From positions 5,160,985-5,203,990 of the forward strand of contig NC_068999.1 of the NCBI RefSeq assembly GCF_001194135.2: a DNA stretch of 43,006 nucleotides. Reading direction: 5' to 3'. The notes beneath the pieces are model-generated. The model was not told the origin of the DNA, ran no database searches, and worked only from the letters and a program-made list of their open reading frames with translations. A program made the position numbers and the translations under genes. Of this stretch, positions 35,681-43,006 are shown piece after piece; position 1 is the stretch's first letter, and each line of letters starts with the position of its first letter. Source of the DNA: Octopus bimaculoides (lineage: Eukaryota).

Positions 35681-36849
35681 TTAATTATCTAACCCCAGAT
35701 CAATCCTGATCTCAGTAAAAAAAAATTTTTTAATGGTGTTCCAGCCCTGGCCATCCCATTTAATTTTACTTTTCTCAGACACATGAATATATCCAGGAAT
35801 ACATTATCAAATGTCTGTCTCCGCAGTTTGACTGCTATTTCTAGTAAGCCAAAGAACCATGNNNNNNNNNNNNNNNNNNNNNNNNNNNNNNNNNNNNNNN
35901 NNNNNNNNNNNNNNNNNNNNNNNNNNNNNNNNNNNNNNNNNNNNNNNNNNNNNNNNNNNNNNNNNNNNNNNNNNNNNNNNNNNNNNNNNNNNNNNNNNNN
36001 NNNNNNNNNNNNNNNNNNNNNNNNNNNNNNNNNNNNNNNNNNNNNNNNNNNNNNNNNNNNNNNNNNNNNNNNNNNNNNNNNNNNNNNNNNNNNNNNNNNN
36101 NNNNNNNNNNNNNNNNNNNNNNNNNNCAAGTAGTAGTGGTAGTCATGTTGTGTGGTGGTAGTGTTGCTGCAAAGATGCTACTGTAGTAGTAGTAGTAGTA
36201 GTAATGATAGCTGTGGTGAGTTTGCTAATTGTTTCCCTCTTTTTACCTGTCATCCCCCCCCCATTCCCCGACCTCTTTTCCACCTCTCAATTCATTGACT
36301 GCCATCACCACCTCCTCCAATATCTTGGTTACCAAACACACACACACACACACACACACAAGCACACACACACACACAAGCACACACACAAGCACAGCTA
36401 TGCACTTTTGTAGCTCCTACCCTCCCTCTCTCCCTCCTTTGCCACCATTAATCATAAGACATACCTGTACTTCATTCATGAATACCTGGGTTAATTTTCT
36501 CCTGCTTCCTGTTTACAAACTTTCAGACCCCCTAACAAACAACAACAACAACAACAATAAAACGAATAGTTGTAATTAAGTCTTTTTCTTTGTGTTCGTT
36601 TGCTTTTGTCATGGTCAGGTAGTTAAGAGAGTCAACTGAATACTAAGATGGTGGGGATGGAGGGCAGGAGTGCCAGGATGAAGGTACAGGATGGATGGCC
36701 GGATGGCTGGCTGGATGAATGGAGGAATGGATGGATGGTTGGATGGATGGATAAGTAGGTAGATAGATAAGAACATAGACAAGGAGATAGACAGACAGGC
36801 AGGCAGGTAGATAGATATAGGTAGGTTCAGGTACATAGGTATTCTTTTA

Positions 36850-37064
36850 TTCCTTTATTTGTTTGTCGTTTGACTGTGGCCATGCTGGAGCACCGCCTTT
36901 AGTCGAAGAAATCGGCCCCCACGACTTATTCTTTGTAAGCCCAGTACTTATTCTATCGGTCTCTTTTGCTGAACCACCAAGTTGCAGGGATGTAAACACA
37001 CCGACATCAGTTGTCAAGCGATGGTAGTAGAGGGGGACAAACACAGACACACAAACACACACAC

Positions 37065-37147
<83 letters not shown>

Positions 37148-37300
37148 GGGCTTCTTTCAGTTTCCGTCTACCAAATCCATTCACAAGGCTTTTGGTCGGC
37201 CTGAGGCTATAGTAGAAGACACTTGCCCAAGGTGCCACGCAGTAGGACTGAACCCAGAACCATGTGGTTGGGAAGCAAGCTTCTTACCACACAGCCATAC
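36850..37300 (-). mobile_element. SINE family A, full length, with an expanded internal (CA)n tract
   Basis: Complete tail-to-head reverse complement; internal (CA)n at ~37060-37145. Confidence 0.85.
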
Positions 37301-37374
37301 CTCAGGTGATTAAGCTGTGCAAAGTCGCTAGATGGATGCCTATTAATGTTTGTTTTAATGTTGAGTTCTGATTC

Positions 37375-37580
37375 TTTCTAATTTTGGCACAAGGCCAGCA
37401 GTTGCAAGGGGGGAAAGGGGTTAGTCAATCACAACAACTCCAGTACATAACTGGTACTTATTTCTTCAACTCCTGAAAGGATGAAAGGCAAAGTTGACCT
37501 CGGCAGAATTTGAACTCGGAACATAGTGGTTAGAATACTGCTAAGCATTTTGTCCTGAGTGCTAACAATTCTACCAGCTT
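37375..37580 (-). mobile_element. SINE family B
   Basis: ctggtacttattt...gaaaggatgaaaggcaaagttgacctcggcagaatttgaactc. Confidence 0.75.
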
Positions 37581-37592
37581 GCTACCCTGATG

Positions 37593-37630
<38 letters not shown>

Positions 37631-38239
37631 CAATTTAACATTAAACTGAAGAATTAATGTTATTTTGTAGAGTGCCTATTTGTTATGGAGTCGTGATGTT
37701 GGACAGTCCAGTGAAGGCCACCCAGTTGAAACTTTGTCACTATCTCCATTCTTCTTGCAAAAAGTAAAATAGATAGATGCATCGTTAGGTAGGTAGATAT
37801 AGACAGGTAGACAGGTAAGAAGCAGCCAGTAGCTTGATAGATACACCTGTAGTAGGTAGGTAATGTCGGTATATAGATATAGGTTGATAGGTAGAGGTTG
37901 GTAGCTGGGGAAGTAGGTACATTTGTAGGTCAGTATTTAGATATATATATGTAGCTAGATAGTTAGGGATGTATATAGATAGGCACATGTGTAGATGTGT
38001 GTTTACTTGCATGGGTAGGTAGATAGATATGTAGATATATAGTGTTACATAGATAGGTTGTAGATAGATACATTGGTATGTATGTTGATAGATAGATAGA
38101 TAGAGAGATAGACAGAGAGAGAGATGGATGGATATATAGATAGATAGGTAGATAGATATGTAGATAGATGGATGTGTAGATAGATGGATAGATAGGAATT
38201 CACAGATGGATTATGGATAGACAGATAGGTAGATGGATG

Positions 38240-38274
<35 letters not shown>

Positions 38275-39104
38275 GCAGGCACACAGGTAGATAGACTGAT
38301 ACATAAACTCTTACACAGACAGACAGACAGACAGACAGATATATGAGTAGTTTGGTAGGTGTTAAGAAAAGGCGGGGAGAGGGAGGTAAAATGTGTTATC
38401 TGAGGAAAGTGTTGATGGCCTCTATTGGCAAGATAATTAGGTAAGTTATTGTGTTACATTACAAAAAAGAGAAAAAAATGGAAAGGGAAGAAGAAAAGTA
38501 TTTTCTAACACAAACCCAAGTCTACAGAATATTGTGGGGGAACAGAGTTTATTCGACCCTCTCTGCTAAAACAAATATACCAGTACTTTACTTAATCCAT
38601 CAATGAAGGCTACACTTTCATAGATAAGTTTAAGTCCCTTGGTTACTGGAGGTAAGACAATAGTCATGCTAATGACAGTTATTTAGGCAGAAACATGTCC
38701 ACCACTGTCCTCTTACCTCCAGGCAATAAGCCTGTCGTTTTCTTTAATGGTCTATCAGGTGGAGACTCTTTCTTGATTCTGGAGATTATCTTTGCTTTTG
38801 AAATGGACCTGGTCTTAATTGCTATTTGATAATTAGGACCCATCTTCTAGAATGGGAGATAATTTTAATAAACCAAGGATTCATAATGCATAATATTTGA
38901 GAGACCTGTACGTTGCTCAGATATATTCTAGTGACCAATTTTGTAGTGATGCATGAGATGTTTATAAATTCCATCCTAGGGTTATTGTTATCATTTTATA
39001 TATACACTTTCTCCTATCAAATACTATCTACAAATTCTTTCTGTATATATGCTTATATACAATCATGATTTTTGAAATGGGGAATAGGCCTGGATATCTA
39101 TCTA

Positions 39105-39143
<39 letters not shown>

Positions 39144-40042
39144 NNNNNNNNNNNNNNNNNNNNNNNNNNNNNNNNNNNNNNNNNNNNNNNNNNNNNNNNN
39201 NNNNNNNNNNNNNNNNNNNNNNNNNNNNNNNNNNNNNNNNNNNNNNNNNNNNNNNNNNNNNNNNNNNNNNNNNNNNNNNNNNNNNNNNNNNNNNNNNNNN
39301 NNNNNNNNNNNNNNNNNNNNNNNNNNNNNNNNNNNNNNNNNNNNNNNNNNNNNNNNNNNNNNNNNNNNNNNNNNNNNNNNNNNNNNNNNNNNNNNNNNNN
39401 NNNNNNNNNNNNNNNNNNNNNNNNNNNNNNNNNNNNNNNNNNNNNNNNNNNNNNNNNNNNNNNNNNNNNNNNNNNNNNNNNNNNNNNNNNNNNNNNNNNN
39501 NNNNNNNNNNNNNNNNNNNNNNNNNNNNNNNNNNNNNNNNNNNNNNNNNNNNNNNNNNNNNNNNNNNNNNNNNNNNNNNNNNNNNNNNNNNNNNNNNNNN
39601 NNNNNNNNNNNNNNNNNNNNNNNNNNNNNNNNNNNNNNNNNNNNNNNNNNNNNNNNNNNNNNNNNNNNNNNNNNNNNNNNNNNNNNNNNNNNNNNNNNNN
39701 NNNNNNNNNNNNNNNNNNNNNNNNNNNNNNNNNNNNNNNNNNNNNNNNNNNNNNNNNNNNNNNNNNNNNNNNNNNNNNNNNNNNNNNNNNNNNNNNNNNN
39801 NNNNNNNNNNNNNNNNNNNNNNNNNNNNNNNNNNNNNNNNNNNNNNNNNNNNNNNNNNNNNNNNNNNNNNNNNNNNNNNNNNNNNNNNNNNNNNNNNNNN
39901 NNNNNNNNNNNNNNNNNNNNNNNNNNNNNNNNNNNNNNNNNNNNNNNNNNNNNNNNNNNNNNNNNNNNNNNNNNNNNNNNNNNNNNNNNNNNNNNNNNNN
40001 NNNNNNNNNNNNNNNNNNNNNNNNNNNNNNNNNNNNNNNNNN
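39144..40042. other. Largest assembly gap; other gaps at 8137-8678, 12978-13527, 18267-18422, 32579-32675, 35862-36126 and 41764-41900
   Basis: Runs of N. Those at 8137, 12978, 32579 and 39144 abut (AT)n or (GT)n tracts. Exons could be hidden in them. Confidence 1.
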
Positions 40043-40160
40043 AAGCAGCAGAAATATAACAAAAGACTGTTACTCGGAGTTTCCCGTTCATCGGACAGTT
40101 TTATTAGAAAGGGGGAACGTTAAACTCCGAGTAACAGTCTTTTGTTATATTTCTGCTGCT
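40043..40160. repeat. 39-bp perfect inverted repeat containing hammerhead-ribozyme remnants
   Basis: 40044-40082 is the exact reverse complement of 40122-40160; the spacer is 39 nt. It lies between an N gap and an (AT)n tract. Confidence 0.95.
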
Positions 40161-40170
40161 CTTAAATGAA

Positions 40171-40212
<42 letters not shown>

Positions 40213-40540
40213 AGTTTTTATAATGGAACTCAGATTGGGTCAAGCTGTAAGTAATAGTGTGTAAGTAATGGTATGGTGTTAAAAAATACTCGATTGCGTG
40301 TTATTTCATTTCTTTCTGCATGATTCTAAATTATTATGGCATAAACAATATATGCTCTTATCATTGTATGTTATGGGTAATCTATTGACAACTCTATACA
40401 AGCTTATATACACATGTAGAGCCTATCTGTTGACAGCTAGGTGTGTGTGTGTGGGTACACATACAAGGGTGTGTGTATATATGGGCATGTGTGTATGTGT
40501 ATATATGGTGTGTGTGTGTATATGGGTGTGTGTATAAGTG

Positions 40541-40575
<35 letters not shown>

Positions 40576-40843
40576 ATTTGTATGTATGTGAAGATTGTTT
40601 GCATTTGGAGAAGAAACCTACATAGTGGTTTTTTGTTGCTCTCTCTTTCTCTCTTGTCACTTGTACAAGCTTCTTAACAACACAGCCATGCTTTTGCCAC
40701 CATATAAGGACATTGTGGACGGCACTGTTTCAATTAATTAGTTACAGCAATTATCACTTGGCAGTAAAATTGAAATTAAAAACTACATTGATTTGAAGGA
40801 CATAACAAATGTTTTTTTTTTCTCTTTTCAAAAATTGTGTGTC

Positions 40844-40876
<33 letters not shown>

Positions 40877-41524
40877 GTGTGTCTTTATTATTATTATTAT
40901 TATTATTGTGTGTGTATTTTATGCATAGGTGTGCCAGTTTGAATGTTTATGGCATGGAGATGTATTGTGCATGTATGACGTAGGTAATATACTGTTGTCA
41001 TTGTTGTTGTTATTATTCCTAGGTCAGCTTTGATCATGCATACAGCTATGACATAAAAAAAAAAATGGTTACCTCAGCCATGACCATGTAGTCTATTTTT
41101 GTCCAAGTATCTCATCTCTGTGAATGCACGCGTGTGTTTAGGATATTTCACTTGTGGTCGTGAGTTCAATTTCCAGACAGACAGAGTGGTGTGTTGTATT
41201 CTTGAGCAAGACACTTCGTTTCACGGTACCCCAGTTCACTCAGCTGTAAATGGTTAACCCTGTGATGAACTGGTCTTCCTGTCAACCAAAATGTTGGCCT
41301 GCTTGCCTATCCAGCAGTGTGGTGCCATTTCAAAGCTAAAATAATGCAAAGTGCATTGTGACTAGTGATGTTGAACAATATTCAATAGTCTGGCCAATCA
41401 CATGATATCATTTCCGTGAATCTTCTGATGCATAAGATGGAAATGGAGTAAGACAGGAGTGCAAATGTTTTTAAAGGGATCGGGGTGCTATTTCTAGCAT
41501 ATATATACATACATATATATATAT

Positions 41525-41958
41525 ATTCTTGTTTCAATCATTTTGACTGCGGCCATGCTGGAGCACCACCTTTAGTCAAAGAAATCGACCCCAGGACTTA
41601 TTCTTTGGAAGCCTAGTACTTATTCTATTGGTCTCTTTTGCTGAACCACTAAGTTACGGGGACATAAACACACCAGCATTGGTTGTCAAGCAATGTTGGG
41701 GGTAACGCACACACAATCATATATACATACATATATATATATATTCTTGTTTCAATCATTTTGNNNNNNNNNNNNNNNNNNNNNNNNNNNNNNNNNNNNN
41801 NNNNNNNNNNNNNNNNNNNNNNNNNNNNNNNNNNNNNNNNNNNNNNNNNNNNNNNNNNNNNNNNNNNNNNNNNNNNNNNNNNNNNNNNNNNNNNNNNNNN
41901 GAACCTGGAACCATGTGGTTGGTAAGCAAGCTACTTACCACAGAGCCACTCCTGCGCC
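41525..41958 (-). mobile_element. SINE family A copy or copies spanning an assembly gap
   Basis: 3' half at 41525-41710 and head at 41901-41958, on either side of the N gap. Confidence 0.7.
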
Positions 41959-41965
41959 TTATATA

Positions 41966-42330
41966 TTGGGTCATCCCATAAATAATGCGGGTTTTTTTAT
42001 ACTTTTATTTTTCAAAATTAAAATAAAGTTCTTCTTTAATCTAAAATATACTCTCCTTCATTTTCTACAATGCTCTTCCATCTATCTAGTCGACTTGCAG
42101 GGTCCTTCTTGCAAAATTCTCTTGTCCATGACAAGAAATACTCCCCCAGTACTGTTCTGACCTCGTTTACAGAATTCATATTTTTTCTGTCCAAATGATT
42201 TTGAAGACTGCGGAAATCAGATGGGGCAATGTCCAGCGAATATGGTGGGTGGAGCATCGTTTCTCATTCAAACTGCTCCAGCCTTCGTAATGTCATCCTC
42301 GCTGTACGTGGCCAAGCATTATCCTCACGG
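41966..42330 (-). pseudogene. Mariner transposase 3' fragment with right TIR
   Basis: EDNAWPRTARMTLRRLEQFE*ETMLHPPYSLDIAPSDFRSLQNHL...RW..IVENEGEYILD, corresponding to the HDNARPH and HPPYSPDLAPSD motifs, with one in-frame stop. The terminus TA|TTGGGTCATCCCATAAATAATGCGG starts at 41966. Confidence 0.9.
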
Positions 42331-42559
42331 TGACACGTGTGTGTCTGTATATATATATATATATATATGGTTTGGTTGTTGCCTCATATATATGCGTGTA
42401 ATCTTTGTGTACATTTAGCCTGACTGTTGTTTGCATTGACAATGGTGGCAGTTGTACGAGTGTATATATACACACCTGTTTGTATTGATCTGCTGCAATC
42501 AATGTGGTTTGCATTATTCTATCACTGTCTGTCCTACATACTGATAGTCAAGCAGCAAC

Positions 42560-43006
42560 AATAATAATCCTTTCCATTATAGGCACAAGGTCTGAAATTT
42601 GTGGGGAGGGGGAAGTCGATTAGATTGACTCCAGTATGCAACTGGTACTTAAATTTATCAACCCTGGACTGGCTCTTGTGCAGGTGAAACATGAGGTTTT
42701 TCGAGCGAGATGAGCGTGGCCGTTGCCAGTACCGCCTGACTGGCCTTCGTGCGGGTGACACGTAAAAGCACCCACTACACTCTCTGAGTGGTTGGCATTA
42801 GGAAGGGCATCCAGCTGTAGAAACTCTGCCAAATCAGATTGGAGCCTGGTGTAGCCATCTGGTTTCACCAGTCCTCAGTCAAATCGTCCAACCCATGCTA
42901 GCATGGAAAGCAGACATTAAACGATGATGATGATATACACGAAGGGCTTCTTTCAGTTTCCGTCTGCCAAATCCACTCACAAGGCTTTGGTCGGCCCAAG
43001 GCTACA
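42560..43006. mobile_element. Cluster: SINE B (-), family C (+, 42665-42935) and SINE A (-, 42945 to the window end)
   Basis: Each part is homologous to other copies in the window. Confidence 0.8.

Noticed and set aside
37660-37770. Possible exon after ttattttgtAG (SAYLLWSRDVGQ...)
   Set aside because: No good donor and no family similarity in any frame.
38388-38446. MCYLRKVLMASIGKII followed by AG|GTAAGT
   Set aside because: Only a donor consensus; phase 2 does not match the open phase-0 junction, and there is no acceptor or promoter evidence.
41741-41763. Exact repeat of atattcttgtttcaatcattttg (also at ~41523) at a gap edge
   Set aside because: Most likely a scaffolding overlap artefact or a simple SINE tail duplication.
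42620-42868. Near-identical ORFs MKPDGYTRLQSDLAEFLQLDALPNANHSESVVGAF at 34232-34432 and 42620-42868, and related ORF 19553-20089
   Set aside because: Antisense readings of repeat family C copies, not a duplicated gene.

Overview
AT-rich eukaryotic genomic DNA, dense in microsatellites and SINEs, with seven N gaps. The repeat families look like those I recall from Octopus genomes, so the taxon call is an inference. The one gene I can support is the 5' coding part of an ARHGAP45(HMHA1)/ARHGAP29/GMIP-family RhoGAP on the + strand. It has four phase-compatible GT-AG exons (20521/20552-20681, 21354-21497, 22317-22404, 28054-28117) encoding about 142 aa of the N-terminal helical region. I found no F-BAR, C1 or RhoGAP exons, so these lie downstream or in gaps. 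The rest is intergenic or intronic: at least five SINE/LINE-tail families, two Tc1/mariner MITEs, and fossils of a mariner transposase, a Buster/Charlie hAT transposase and a Gypsy integrase. Less expected observations: (i) several short elements next to (AT)n tracts carrying degenerate type-I minimal hammerhead-ribozyme motifs, one of them inside a 39-bp perfect inverted repeat, which points to Penelope-like/retrozyme mini-elements; (ii) a ~245-bp fold-back 290 bp upstream of exon 4 plus inverted SINE pairs, which are candidate dsRNA/ADAR substrates; (iii) an orphan minus-strand exon candidate at 6405-6472; (iv) a candidate internal promoter and alternative first exon at ~29.5 kb. Nearly all ORFs in the supplied track are microsatellite, SINE or gap artefacts.
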